A DNA stretch of 63,990 nucleotides, counting the filler. It is 5 parts of 5 records of this genome, joined end to end, with 100 filler letters (N's around TTAATTAATTAA, not from the genome) between each part and the next. Parts side by side here need not be neighbours in the genome. Positions count along the whole stretch, not along the records: positions 41,650 to 57,858 come from SRR31156797_10371; 4 more parts are not named here. The stretch is one strand, 5' to 3'. Positions 41,698 to 52,504 of the stretch are shown here, in pieces (positions within the stretch are counted from its first letter, which is position 1; each line of letters opens with the position of its first letter). The notes beneath the pieces were generated by a model. That model was not told where the DNA came from, did not search any database, and saw nothing but the letters and a program-made list of their open reading frames with translations. A program made the translations under genes and the position numbers.

Positions 41698-42435
41698 CTA
41701 CATATCTAAAAAGAAATAACTTACTGAGAAAGTAATCATTCTGTGACTTTGCTTAAAATCTTTAGGATCAAAATCTCCTTCAGCTTCAGGTGTTATATTT
41801 CCTAGGCCAAGAGAATAGCCAGCATTTAATAATAATGAGTTCATTTGATAACCAATCCCAAAATTTAAACCCATGTCAAGACCTCTATAGGGCATTTCAT
41901 CATTATCTAAATCATCTTCTCCAACTTCTCCATAAAAGGGTTTATATGAAATTTCATCGCTATTTGTTTCTTCATCACCTCCGTATTTAAGTGTTACATC
42001 CCATTTGTTTTTACCTCCAATTCCAAATCCGAAATAAGGTCCCGCGTAGATTTGGAATGAATCAAATTTGTATGCTATATGAATAGGCAGTTCAATGTAG
42101 TTTAGCATAACTCTGTCATATCCATCAACTTCTAAACCTGAAATGCCTAATTCATCTTCTAATTGTTCTGCAGTTTCATCTAAGTCATAGCTATATCCTT
42201 TTCTTGTAAACAGTAGGCCTGATTGTATAGCCAACTCATCGTTAATACCATATTCTAAGGCAGCTCCAAAATGAAATCCTAATCCCATTTTTGTTTCAGG
42301 TTCAAAATCAGAGTCTGAATAATTTGAAGCAACATTATTGATGTTAAGACCAGCCTTTGCTCCAAATTTTATTTGTGCTTGTGAAGCAATACTCATTGTG
42401 ATAAGTAATGTAAAAAGTAATGATAATTTTTTCAT
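41698..42435 (-). CDS. Outer-membrane beta-barrel (porin/PorT-like family)
   Basis: Signal peptide, FGAKAGLN, LNYIELP, AGPYFGFG, terminal aromatic strand. Confidence 0.85.
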   Translation of the reverse strand: MKKLSLLFTLLITMSIASQAQIKFGAKAGLNINNVASNYSDSDFEPETKMGLGFHFGAALEYGINDELAIQSGLLFTRKGYSYDLDETAEQLEDELGISGLEVDGYDRVMLNYIELPIHIAYKFDSFQIYAGPYFGFGIGGKNKWDVTLKYGGDEETNSDEISYKPFYGEVGEDDLDNDEMPYRGLDMGLNFGIGYQMNSLLLNAGYSLGLGNITPEAEGDFDPKDFKQSHRMITFSVSYFFLDM

Positions 42436-42665
42436 AATTAGTTAATTTTAATCCGCCTACTCTTCAGGTTTTTCAGCATTCACCTTCACTTATTTTTACT
42501 CAAAATAAATCATTAAGAAATGAATTTTAAAGCTAATAAATATTAGTTAACAATAAAATAACAATACAAACCTATTGTTTATTATCTTTGATTTCGCCTT
42601 AAATTGGGTTAATTTTTAACAATCATTAATTGTTATGATTTAATTGTTAAATATCTAATAATAAA

Positions 42666-43859
42666 TTAATTATGTTTCATGATTTTAAGGTTTTCCTTGC
42701 GTAATAAGATTATCGAAAATAGCATTCCAATTGTAAAAATTGTTCCTGCCATTATTAGAGCATCCGCCAAATTAAAATGGTCTGTGTACCAACCTAAAAG
42801 AGGGCTCACTATTGCAAAAGCAATTCTAATAATAAAACTTCTAATAGATAACACGGTGGCTCTGACTTCTGATGAGGTGTTTTGGTTGATGTAGTCTTTT
42901 AAAATTGGTGTGCCCATTCCTCTTATGAAATAAATTGCAAATAGAATTCCAATTCCAAAGAGTCCATCAGCAAAACCAAGTGAAATAAATCCTCCTCCGG
43001 TAATTATGGCTACCATCAGCAAAATAAGAGTCGGCGATAGCTTTTCTTGAATTTTATAGGCCAAAATTGCGGTAAGTGCAACTGATAAATTTAAAGCTGT
43101 CCATAATATTCCAAACCAGCTTAGTGGGATATTAATAGAAGTGAAATAAGGTTGAATAAACCAGGCAAGTGTTAAAGATGTCATTCCCGCAAAGGAAGAA
43201 AATAAAATATAGGCTCTTAATAATTTGTTCTCAACCATTACAAACTTCATGGTTTTGGCAATAACAAGCATGGTTGTTTTTTTTACTTTTTTGTGTGTCA
43301 CTGGCTCAATTAGCAATAGTGCGGCAGGGATACCAATAAAGGCTATGCCGGCTTGAGCAATGAATGGTAGACGAAGGCTTATACCTGCCAAAAAACCACC
43401 TAAAATACCCGCTGCTGCTTCTGAGAAATTTCCTAAAGCAGTTATTCTACCTTCCTGTTTACTGTAATGATCTTGCTTATTTTGAAATAGTAATGAATCA
43501 TAAAGCATAGCTGAATCGGCCCCTGAAATAAAACTCATACTTATTCCAATTAACAGCTCAGCAATAGCAAATCCCCAAAATCCGTGTGCAATTGAGTACG
43601 CCAAAAAGCCTCCAAAACTAAGTATTGTGCCAAGAATTAGAGTTTTTCGCCTGCCTAAAACATCTGCCATATATCCGGAAGGGATCTCCAAAATAACTAC
43701 AGTTATTGCATTTATAGCTTTCAACATAAATATATGTCGCATTTCTAAACCGTTATCCTGAAAGAATATCACGATAATGGGCATGAATAGCATAAACCAT
43801 TTCGAGAACTTAATAAGATATAGTAATGGTATGTTATTTTTTATTTGTTGAATTTGCAT
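42666..43859 (-). CDS. MFS transporter
   Basis: EIPSGYMADVLGRRK motif A, SGADSAMLYD; about 12 TM. Confidence 0.9.
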   Translation of the reverse strand: MQIQQIKNNIPLLYLIKFSKWFMLFMPIIVIFFQDNGLEMRHIFMLKAINAITVVILEIPSGYMADVLGRRKTLILGTILSFGGFLAYSIAHGFWGFAIAELLIGISMSFISGADSAMLYDSLLFQNKQDHYSKQEGRITALGNFSEAAAGILGGFLAGISLRLPFIAQAGIAFIGIPAALLLIEPVTHKKVKKTTMLVIAKTMKFVMVENKLLRAYILFSSFAGMTSLTLAWFIQPYFTSINIPLSWFGILWTALNLSVALTAILAYKIQEKLSPTLILLMVAIITGGGFISLGFADGLFGIGILFAIYFIRGMGTPILKDYINQNTSSEVRATVLSIRSFIIRIAFAIVSPLLGWYTDHFNLADALIMAGTIFTIGMLFSIILLRKENLKIMKHN

Positions 43860-43955
43860 TGAGCGCAAAAATAGAAATTATTAAGACAAGTTTATCCTAA
43901 AAAAAGAAACGCAATAACTTGAAGTCATTGCGTTTCGAAATCTTTGTAAAGATTA

Positions 43956-44546
43956 TTAGTCCTTTATTGAGCATCCAATTGCTTTCGTTTCAGTTACTTT
44001 AGGCTTCTTACCTGATAGTAATGCATCTACTGCATCAGCAACGTAAGTTGTTTTAACTTTCTCAGGATCACGGGTGCTATCATCAATAGCTCCAATATAT
44101 TCCAAGTAGAAATCACCTTCTTTCTTGCTTACTATAAAAACATGAGGAGTTCTTGAAGCTCCAAATTCTTTGTAAACCGTTTGTTGCTCATCAAAAATGT
44201 ATGGAAATGTAAATCCTTTTTCTTTAGCTCTAACAATCATTTTGTCAAATGAATCCTCCGGTTGAATTTTAGGATCATTTGGGTTGATTGCAACAACCGG
44301 ATATCCTTTTGCTTTGTATTTTTTGTCTAAAGCAATAATTCGATCTTCGGTCGCTACTGAGTAAGGACAATGGTTACAGGTAAAAATGACTATAGCTCCT
44401 TTGACATCTTTCATATCAGCCAACGAAACCATTTTTCCGTCAATATTCTTTAATTTAAAGTCATTGACTTTATCTCCAATTTCATATCCACCAGCTATTA
44501 AGGCTGATGAGATGAGTAATCCGATTGCAAAAAGTATGTTTTTCAT
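43956..44546 (-). CDS. Thioredoxin/AhpC-TSA family protein
   Basis: CNHCPY, TP.VF, GAIDD, C-terminal GCSIK. Confidence 0.9.
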   Translation of the reverse strand: MKNILFAIGLLISSALIAGGYEIGDKVNDFKLKNIDGKMVSLADMKDVKGAIVIFTCNHCPYSVATEDRIIALDKKYKAKGYPVVAINPNDPKIQPEDSFDKMIVRAKEKGFTFPYIFDEQQTVYKEFGASRTPHVFIVSKKEGDFYLEYIGAIDDSTRDPEKVKTTYVADAVDALLSGKKPKVTETKAIGCSIKD

Positions 44547-44556
44547 AATTCTATTT

Positions 44557-45027
44557 TTAGTTTAACATTAATTGTATTTGTTTTTTCAAGTCTGATTCTG
44601 TGAATGTTCCTTCATGAAAATGTTTTCTATTGCCTTTATAAATGACGGTTGCCGGAATGGCTCCTGACCATGATTTGTCAACAAGAGGAATCCATTCATT
44701 GGCATTTTCATCTGTAGTTAAGAAACTGTCAAAACTGTATCCTTTATTGTCTAAAAATGTATTGGCTTTTTGCCAGGCATTACCGCCAAAATCAAGGCTT
44801 AGGAAATAGAATTTAACTGGTTTGTTTTTAAATACTTGAACATTTTTTTCAAAAGCCGGCAATTCTTTGATGCAAGGTGCACACCAGGTAGCCCAAAAAT
44901 TAATCACATATACTGTATCTTCTGATTGTACATATTGATTTTTGAAATCAACATAAGTCCAGGTTTTCTGCCCAAAAACAAAATATGAACTCACGAAAAT
45001 AATTCCTATAGTAATAAAATACCTCAT
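44557..45027 (-). CDS. TlpA-family disulfide reductase
   Basis: NFWATWCAPC..ELP, WSGAIPAT. Confidence 0.9.
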   Translation of the reverse strand: MRYFITIGIIFVSSYFVFGQKTWTYVDFKNQYVQSEDTVYVINFWATWCAPCIKELPAFEKNVQVFKNKPVKFYFLSLDFGGNAWQKANTFLDNKGYSFDSFLTTDENANEWIPLVDKSWSGAIPATVIYKGNRKHFHEGTFTESDLKKQIQLMLN

Positions 45028-45253
45028 TGTCTTTTTTTATCCAAACAGATATTGTGTAAATTAGTTTAGAATTTTTATCCTATTTGTATAAAAATGTGTA
45101 GTTTACAAAAGGTTTGTGTGTTGTTTTTTGAGTAGTAAAAACTTTAATACATCATAAAGTGTTGTATTTCCATCAAAGAATCGGGTAAAATAGCCTGCTT
45201 TTTTTTACATTTAGGCTGAAACTTGTATTTTTGCTATATTAAATCTAATTAAG

Positions 45254-46813
45254 ATGCGCAAAAACATTATATTTTCCCTTACCATTCTTACTGTATTGAT
45301 TTTTGTTAAAATGGCTTCGGCACAGGATCCCGAAACAAAATTAATTCAGAGATATGCTGAAACCAGCTTTGAGAATGGAGATTTTGAGTTTGCATTGGAA
45401 AATTACCTTAAACTCTATGAAAATAATAAAGATGATATAAACATAAATTTTCGCATTGGTGTTTGCTATACCGAAACAGAGATAAATAGAACAGCTGGTA
45501 TATCCTATTTAGAATTTGTAGTTAGTCATAATAACTTTCCAACAGATGCTTTTTATTTTTTAGGCCGTGCTTACATGTACGCTTACCGTTTTACAGAAGC
45601 GGTTGAGGCTTTGTATGAATATAAAATTAGCGGTTTGAACGATAAACTGGTTGCAGATGCAGATCATCTTATTACAACTTCTTATGATGCACTTGAGTTT
45701 ATCAATATACCAAGTAAAGTGGACTTTGTTCATTTGGATACTTCTATCAATACAGCAATGAATGATTACAGGCCATTTATTACTCCTGATGGAGATAAAT
45801 TGTTTTTTGCTTCAAATTCAAGGTATGTGGATGATTTAGAGGTGAATGTCTCTGACATCTATATTGCGGATAAAAAAGGCGATGGATGGGCTGTTGCAGA
45901 GTTTTGGGAGCAAAATACTTTTGATCATGAAGAGGTTGCCGGAATCAGTGGTGACGGAGAGAATTTGTTTATCTATTCCAATGGTGATTTTTCAACGCAT
46001 GATATTTCAATGGCAAAAATCAGGAAAAGAGACCTTGAAAAAACAAAAAAAGGATTTCCGGCAGATAAAATCAATACAAGAGACTTTGAGCATGGTGCTA
46101 CAATGAGTAAAGATGGAAAAACACTTGTTTTTTCAAGTAATAAACCGGGGGGATTTGGTGGATTTGATCTGTATTATATGACTAAAGATGAGGATGATAA
46201 TTGGAGTGAACCACAAAATATGGGTGGAACTATAAATACCCCTTATGATGAAAATTATCCTACTTATGCTAAAGAAGGGAAAAATATTTATTTTTCATCA
46301 AATGGCCATAGTGTAGCAGGTGGATTTGATATTGTTCAAGGAATATATGATCCCAATAAAGAAGAGTATGGGTTGATTAGAGCGTTACCTATGCCAATTA
46401 ATACACCTTATGATGAAATGTCTATTTCATGGATTAAAGATGGAGTGGAAGGTTATATTGCTGCTAATAGAAAAGAAGGCTTTGGTAAATTGGATATATA
46501 CCAAATTATTATTACTCCTGATACTAAAAATACAATTCTAACTGGTACAATTATGGTTGGAACGCCTAGTGCTTCTGAACCCTATTCAGAAGATTTTAAT
46601 AAGGTTTTTGTGACCTTATATGATAAGTATGGAAATATATATGCCCGGTATAATGTGCAAGAAAATCAGTTTTTTGCTACTATACCACCAGGAGAGTATA
46701 AACTAGAAATTTTTATTGATGGTTCTAGCAATAAATATACTGAAGATATGACGGTTATCGATACTGGTGAAGATCAATATCCTGAAAAAACATTTTATAT
46801 TCAGCCACAATAA
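45254..46813 (+). CDS. Exported TPR plus PD40 beta-propeller protein
   Basis: N-terminal TPRs; F.S...GG.GG.D.Y and INTPYDE repeats. Confidence 0.8.
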   Translation: MRKNIIFSLTILTVLIFVKMASAQDPETKLIQRYAETSFENGDFEFALENYLKLYENNKDDININFRIGVCYTETEINRTAGISYLEFVVSHNNFPTDAFYFLGRAYMYAYRFTEAVEALYEYKISGLNDKLVADADHLITTSYDALEFINIPSKVDFVHLDTSINTAMNDYRPFITPDGDKLFFASNSRYVDDLEVNVSDIYIADKKGDGWAVAEFWEQNTFDHEEVAGISGDGENLFIYSNGDFSTHDISMAKIRKRDLEKTKKGFPADKINTRDFEHGATMSKDGKTLVFSSNKPGGFGGFDLYYMTKDEDDNWSEPQNMGGTINTPYDENYPTYAKEGKNIYFSSNGHSVAGGFDIVQGIYDPNKEEYGLIRALPMPINTPYDEMSISWIKDGVEGYIAANRKEGFGKLDIYQIIITPDTKNTILTGTIMVGTPSASEPYSEDFNKVFVTLYDKYGNIYARYNVQENQFFATIPPGEYKLEIFIDGSSNKYTEDMTVIDTGEDQYPEKTFYIQPQ

Positions 46814-46823
46814 CTTTAACCTT

Positions 46824-48356
46824 ATGAAAAGCACTTTTTTCAGCATTATATTTATAATTTTTGCTATGTTTTCCATGGCTCAGGATGCTATGCGCGAAGG
46901 AGATGCTTTTTTTGATGAGGGTAATTATAAGGCAGCGTTAGAGCAATATCTTAAAGCACTGAAAGGTAATGAAGAGGATGTTACTCTTCGAAATAATATT
47001 GCCATTTGTTACTTAAGCTTAAATTTAGATAGAAGTCAGGCCATTCCACATCTTGAATGGGTCGTCAAACAAGAAAAATTTGATGATTATGCATGGTACG
47101 ATTTAGGTAGGGCTTATCATTACAATCATGAGTTTGATAAAGCTATTACAAGTTACAGAAAGTATGCATCATCAGGTAAGGATGAGGATTATAAAAAGTT
47201 GGCCAAGCTTGGTATTCAACAATGTGAGAATGCCAAAATGTTAGTTGCAAAACCCATTGATGTAACATTCCATAATGTGGGCGATATTGTTAATTCTGAG
47301 AATAACGAATTTCAGCCTTATATTCCACCTGATGAGTCAACATTAGTTTTTACCTCCGATGAAAGATATGATAGTCGATATAAAATTCATATCAGTAACG
47401 TTTATATTGCTGAAAGAGAAAATGGTAAATGGGGAAGGCCTAAAACGATTGGCGTAATAAATAGCCAGGAAGATGAATATGTTTCCGGTCTGGCTGCCAA
47501 TGATAAATATCTTTTTGTAAAGTATCAACGATACGAAGCTTTTGATGATATTTTTATGGCTGAGAAAAATGGTTCACGCATAGGTCGACCTGAAGATTTA
47601 GGTGATAATATCAATTCTAAATATATTGAGAGTGGCGCTACTATGAGTCCAACAGGTGATACAATTTATTTTGCATCCGATAGAGATGGTGGATTTGGTG
47701 GTTTAGATATTTGGATGGCATTTAAATTACCTGACGGTTCATGGGGAACACCTGTGAATCTGGGTGAGCCTATAAATACACCAAACGACGAAGATTTTCC
47801 ACATATTATGGGCGATGGAACAACTTTTTTCTTTAGTTCAACCGGACACAATAGCATGGGAGGTTTCGATGTGTTTAGAACAAAATTGAATACGCAGAAT
47901 GGTAAATTTGCAAAACCCAGAAACTTTGGATATCCTGTAAACAATACATATGATAATTTTACCATTGCCATGTCGCGTAATTTCAGATATGCATATGTAT
48001 CTGATGTAAGAAAAGAAGGTTTAGGAGGGATGGATATTTACCGTGTGGTATTTAATAATGTAAATGCCAATATTTTTCTGCATAAAGCTACATTCAGTGT
48101 GGGAGAAGGTCAGGCAATGGATATTCCTGCTGATGCAGAAATAATTGTGGAAGTAATAAATAAAGAAACTGATCAATTGCAGGGAAAATATAAATATGAT
48201 GTAGCGAAAAATGAATTTTTGATGGCTCTACCTCCAGGATCTTTTGAAGCAAAAGTTAAAATCAGTGGATATAAAGAAGTTGTTAAACAAATTTTCGTGC
48301 CGGATTTATTACCAAATGAAATTTTTAATATAAAAATAACGCTCCAGGCGGAATAA
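46824..48356 (+). CDS. Exported TPR plus PD40 beta-propeller protein (paralogue)
   Basis: TPRs; FASDRDGGFGGLDIW, NLGEPINTP.DE.FP, SMGGFDVF. Confidence 0.82.
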   Translation: MKSTFFSIIFIIFAMFSMAQDAMREGDAFFDEGNYKAALEQYLKALKGNEEDVTLRNNIAICYLSLNLDRSQAIPHLEWVVKQEKFDDYAWYDLGRAYHYNHEFDKAITSYRKYASSGKDEDYKKLAKLGIQQCENAKMLVAKPIDVTFHNVGDIVNSENNEFQPYIPPDESTLVFTSDERYDSRYKIHISNVYIAERENGKWGRPKTIGVINSQEDEYVSGLAANDKYLFVKYQRYEAFDDIFMAEKNGSRIGRPEDLGDNINSKYIESGATMSPTGDTIYFASDRDGGFGGLDIWMAFKLPDGSWGTPVNLGEPINTPNDEDFPHIMGDGTTFFFSSTGHNSMGGFDVFRTKLNTQNGKFAKPRNFGYPVNNTYDNFTIAMSRNFRYAYVSDVRKEGLGGMDIYRVVFNNVNANIFLHKATFSVGEGQAMDIPADAEIIVEVINKETDQLQGKYKYDVAKNEFLMALPPGSFEAKVKISGYKEVVKQIFVPDLLPNEIFNIKITLQAE

Positions 48357-48357
48357 T

Positions 48358-49164
48358 ATGGATTTAAACCTACAAAAACCAATCGTTTTTCTTGACCTTG
48401 AAACCACAGGTATTGACCTTGTAAATGACAGAATTATAGAATTTTCCTTTATAAAAATTCATCCTAACCAAAAAGAAGAAGTTTGGACGCAACGTATAAA
48501 TCCGGGTATGCCAATTCCGGAAGCATCTACTGCTATTCATGGAATTAAGGATGAAGATGTAGCCAATGAACCACTTTTCAAAGATTTGGCAAAAAAAGTA
48601 GCTTCTTTTATTGAAGGGTGCGACCTTGCCGGATATAATTCAAATAAATTTGACATTCCCCTTTTGGCAGAAGAACTTGCTAGAGCTGAGGTAGATATCG
48701 ATTTGAAAAAAATGCGACATGTTGATGTGCAAACTATATTCCACAAAATGGAACAACGAACCCTCGAAGCGGCTTACAAGTTTTATTGTGAAAAAGACTT
48801 GACCAATGCACACAGTGCTGAGGCTGATACCAGGGCAACTTATGAGGTACTTAAAGCGCAGCTTGAAAGGTATGAAAACGTAGAATTTAAAGATAAAACT
48901 GGTGAAATTACTAAACCAGTTGTGAATAACATCGATGCATTATCCAGCTTTTCGCAGCAAAATAAAAATGTAGATTTTGCAGGCCGCGTAGTTTTTAATA
49001 GTGATGGTGTGGAAGTATTTAATTTTGGTAAATACAAGAATGTTCCGGTTGAAGAGGTATTTGAAAAAGATCCCGGTTATTATTCCTGGATTTTAAATAG
49101 TGATTTCCCTTCATATACCAAAAGAGTTTTAACAGCTATTAAGCTGCGTAAAATGATGAAATAA
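48358..49164 (+). CDS. DEDDh 3'-5' exonuclease (DNA Pol III epsilon-like)
   Basis: DLETTG, YNSNKFD, HSAEAD, C-terminal FNFGKY. Confidence 0.9.
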   Translation: MDLNLQKPIVFLDLETTGIDLVNDRIIEFSFIKIHPNQKEEVWTQRINPGMPIPEASTAIHGIKDEDVANEPLFKDLAKKVASFIEGCDLAGYNSNKFDIPLLAEELARAEVDIDLKKMRHVDVQTIFHKMEQRTLEAAYKFYCEKDLTNAHSAEADTRATYEVLKAQLERYENVEFKDKTGEITKPVVNNIDALSSFSQQNKNVDFAGRVVFNSDGVEVFNFGKYKNVPVEEVFEKDPGYYSWILNSDFPSYTKRVLTAIKLRKMMK

Positions 49165-49195
49165 TTTTTTTCTTTCAGAATTTAAAGTTTTTCTA

Positions 49196-49807
49196 ATGAA
49201 GATTATCGCCATAGGTCGCAACTATATTAATCACGCTAAGGAACTGAATAACGAAGTACCAACAGAACCTGTTTTCTTTATGAAGCCTGAAACAGCTTTG
49301 CTTCAAAAGAACCAACCATTTTATTATCCTGAGTTTTCGAAAGATATACATTATGAGTTGGAATTGGTCATCAAGATCAACCGCGTAGGAAAGCATATTC
49401 CAAAAGAATTTGCCCATAGGTATTACAATGAAATTGCTTTAGGTATAGATTTTACAGCTCGTGATTTGCAGAAAAATGCCAAAGGCAAAGGATTACCATG
49501 GGAAAAAGCCAAAGCATTTGATCATTCAGCTCCCATTAGTAAGTTTTACGATAAAAGTGATTATAAATCCATTAATGACATCAATTTTTCGCTCAAAAAG
49601 AACGATGTGTTAGTTCAAAAAGGAAATTCGTCTGATATGATTTTCCCCGTTGATAATATAATAGCATATGTTTCTCAATTTGTTACTTTGAAAATTGGAG
49701 ATCTTATTTTTACTGGTACTCCGGAAGGTGTTGGACCTGTTCAGGTTGGTGATAAATTGGTAGCTTCGCTAGAAGACCAGCAAGTACTTATTGTCGATAT
49801 CTTGTAA
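49196..49807 (+). CDS. Fumarylacetoacetate hydrolase family protein
   Basis: IGRNYINH, HYELEL, DFTARD, GDLIFTGTPEGVG. Confidence 0.93.
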   Translation: MKIIAIGRNYINHAKELNNEVPTEPVFFMKPETALLQKNQPFYYPEFSKDIHYELELVIKINRVGKHIPKEFAHRYYNEIALGIDFTARDLQKNAKGKGLPWEKAKAFDHSAPISKFYDKSDYKSINDINFSLKKNDVLVQKGNSSDMIFPVDNIIAYVSQFVTLKIGDLIFTGTPEGVGPVQVGDKLVASLEDQQVLIVDIL

Positions 49808-49823
49808 ATTTGGAATAAAGGTC

Positions 49824-50585
49824 ATGAGTACTAAAAAGTATAGTATATCAGTTGTTTCCTACACGAATACCTTACCTTTTAAAGTAGCATTGGAAAATGA
49901 CGCTTTATTATTAAAATATGCAGACCTTTCATACGATAATCCGGCTGTTTGTGCTCATAAAATAATGAATAACCAATCAGATATTGGACTTATTCCAATT
50001 GGTGCTTTCCCAGAATTAACGGATTATCAAATTATAAGTGATTATTGCATTGGAGCCGATGGAATAGTTGAGACTGTTAAACTTTATGGTAATGTTCCAT
50101 TGGACAAAATGGAAACCATATACCTTGATACACAAAGCAAAACATCTGTAAATTTAGTAAAAGTTCTCGCCTCAAAATTTTGGAATATAAAGCCGGAGTT
50201 TGTAAACGGACAAAGTGGATTTGAAAATCATTTTGATTCCCCCAATGATGGTTTTGTATTGATAGGTGATCGTACTTTCAATCTGAAAAATCAATATGCC
50301 TTTGAATATGATCTGGCCGAAGAATGGAAGACATTTACTGGCTTGCCGTTTGTTTTTGCAGCCTGGGTTGCAAACAAACCAATAGATAGCTCTTTTATTG
50401 AAAGATTTAATAAAACGCTTCAAAAAGGAATTTTAATGATTCCTTATATTGCCGATGACTATCAACATACTGTACCTGATGATGTAGATTTGGTTAATTA
50501 CCTAACAAATTGTATCAGTTTTCCTCTTGATGAAAAGAAAAGAGAAGCCATGCGATTGTTTTTAGACTATATGAAGGATTTGTAA
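49824..50585 (+). CDS. mqnA: Chorismate dehydratase (futalosine menaquinone pathway)
   Basis: VSYTNTLP, SKTSVNL, LIGD, DLAEEW...TGLPFVFAAW. Confidence 0.88.
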   Translation: MSTKKYSISVVSYTNTLPFKVALENDALLLKYADLSYDNPAVCAHKIMNNQSDIGLIPIGAFPELTDYQIISDYCIGADGIVETVKLYGNVPLDKMETIYLDTQSKTSVNLVKVLASKFWNIKPEFVNGQSGFENHFDSPNDGFVLIGDRTFNLKNQYAFEYDLAEEWKTFTGLPFVFAAWVANKPIDSSFIERFNKTLQKGILMIPYIADDYQHTVPDDVDLVNYLTNCISFPLDEKKREAMRLFLDYMKDL

Positions 50586-50659
50586 GTTGATATTTCACTA
50601 AATAAAGCAGCAATCTTACTTTTTATTTTGTAATTTCATGCAAATTTAAACTGTTTGAC

Positions 50660-52054
50660 ATGAATAAGATTTCTCGAGCAATTCTCATTTTATTGTTACT
50701 AGCATTTAATATTAATGCCTTTAGCAATGATACTACTTTGGTTTATTTGTATGAAATCAAGCAGGAAATAGGTCCGGAAGCATGGCGAAATACCCAAAAC
50801 GCATTTGTCGAAGCAGAGCGCTTGAAAGCTGATATGGTATTTATTCATATGAATACTTACGGTGGAATGGTCAATGCAGCGGATAGTATTCGAACCAAAA
50901 TATTGAATGCAAAATTACCTGTTTGGGTTTTTATTGATAATAATGCGGCATCAGCCGGTGCTTTAATTTCTATTGCTTGTGATAGAATTTATATGCGTCC
51001 CGGAGGTAATATTGGGGCAGCCACCGTAGTTGATCAAAGTGGCCAACCCGTTCCCGATAAATATCAATCTTTTATGCGTAGCATGATGCGCTCCACAGCT
51101 GAATCGCACGGAAAAGATACTACCATTACAGCTGATGGCGATACAATTATTGACTGGTACCGTGATCCGGCTATTGCAGAAGCCATGGTTGATCCCAGGT
51201 TGTCTGTTGAAGGGGTTAGCGATAGTGGTCAGGTCATTTCTTTTACAACTTCTGAAGCCATAGCCAATGGATTTTGTGAAGGTGAAGCTGAAAATATAAA
51301 TGATGTTTTGAATCAGGGCGGTATTGAGCAATATGAAATTGTGAAGCAGGAGCTAACTGCCATGGACCATATAATTAATTTCCTTATTAATCCTTTTGTG
51401 CATGGTATTTTGATTATGATTATTATTGGCGGTTTGTACTTTGAATTACAATCGCCCGGAATTGGATTTCCACTTGCTGCAGCAGCCTTAGCAACCATGC
51501 TATACTTTGCACCGTTATATTTGGAAGGCATTGCAGAGAATTGGGAGATTTTAATTTTTATAATTGGTGTGATATTGATAATGGTTGAGATTTTTGTCAT
51601 ACCAGGATTTGGAGTGGCTGGAATCTCCGGTGTAGTTTTAGTTATTACAGGACTTACTTTAGCTATGATCGATAACCTGGAATTTCAGTTGAATCCTAAT
51701 TATGTAGATACAGTACTCAAATCATTAGGCATTGTAGTAATATCATCAGTGGCTGCTATGGTTCTAGGTATCTGGGGAAGTAAAAAAATGTTTGATGGTG
51801 CCATTTTTAACCGGTTAACTTTAGCCAGCACTCAAGAGCGCGAAGAGGGATTTATCAATGTAGAAAAAGGATTTAGAGAGATGACTGGAAAAAAAGGTGT
51901 TGCCACAACTGTACTTAGACCATCTGGAACGATAGAGGTTGACGATGAGCATTTTGACGCTAAAGCTGAAAACGGTTATATAGATAAAGGAACAAAGGTT
52001 ATTGTAACTCGCACTTCAGCATCGCAGCTTTATGTTGAACCCGACTCAGAGTAA
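50660..52054 (+). CDS. NfeD-family membrane-bound serine protease (long form)
   Basis: NTYGG, AASAGA, IGAA, TM region with PG.G, C-terminal LRPSG OB fold. Confidence 0.9.
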   Translation: MNKISRAILILLLLAFNINAFSNDTTLVYLYEIKQEIGPEAWRNTQNAFVEAERLKADMVFIHMNTYGGMVNAADSIRTKILNAKLPVWVFIDNNAASAGALISIACDRIYMRPGGNIGAATVVDQSGQPVPDKYQSFMRSMMRSTAESHGKDTTITADGDTIIDWYRDPAIAEAMVDPRLSVEGVSDSGQVISFTTSEAIANGFCEGEAENINDVLNQGGIEQYEIVKQELTAMDHIINFLINPFVHGILIMIIIGGLYFELQSPGIGFPLAAAALATMLYFAPLYLEGIAENWEILIFIIGVILIMVEIFVIPGFGVAGISGVVLVITGLTLAMIDNLEFQLNPNYVDTVLKSLGIVVISSVAAMVLGIWGSKKMFDGAIFNRLTLASTQEREEGFINVEKGFREMTGKKGVATTVLRPSGTIEVDDEHFDAKAENGYIDKGTKVIVTRTSASQLYVEPDSE

Positions 52055-52057
52055 TAA

Positions 52058-52498
52058 ATGGAGAAGTTTACCATAAATAAATACCATCCGGATGACTTTC
52101 CTCAAATTGCCCTTTTATGGAAAGAGTTGGGGCTAGGCGGTGCCGAAAGAGGTGATGATGCTAATGTAATAAGCCGAACAATAAAAAACAATGGAGCATT
52201 TTTTGTTGTTAGGATTAAATCAAGAATTATAGGAACTGCCTGGATAACCAATGATCAACGTAGACTGTATTTGCATCATATGGGAGTTTCACAAGAGTTT
52301 CAAAATCAAGGAGTAGGTTGGGCCTTGCTGAAAAAATGTTTGCAATGGTCAAGGAAGATAGGATTGCAGCTAAAATTGGAGGTAAATCCTGCCAATGAAA
52401 ATGCAGTTCATTTATATAAAAAAATTGGATTTAAACATTTGGGAGATTATGATGTCTTTATTATTCGAAATTATGAGGATCTTCCAAACATAAAATAG
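52058..52498 (+). CDS. GNAT family N-acetyltransferase
   Basis: V...FQNQGVG..LL, N..A..LY.K.GF. Confidence 0.88.
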   Translation: MEKFTINKYHPDDFPQIALLWKELGLGGAERGDDANVISRTIKNNGAFFVVRIKSRIIGTAWITNDQRRLYLHHMGVSQEFQNQGVGWALLKKCLQWSRKIGLQLKLEVNPANENAVHLYKKIGFKHLGDYDVFIIRNYEDLPNIK

Positions 52499-52504
52499 TT
52501 ATAC

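Noticed and set aside
50660-52054. nfeD without an adjacent SPFH/flotillin partner
   Set aside because: The partner may be elsewhere in the genome; not enough evidence of novelty
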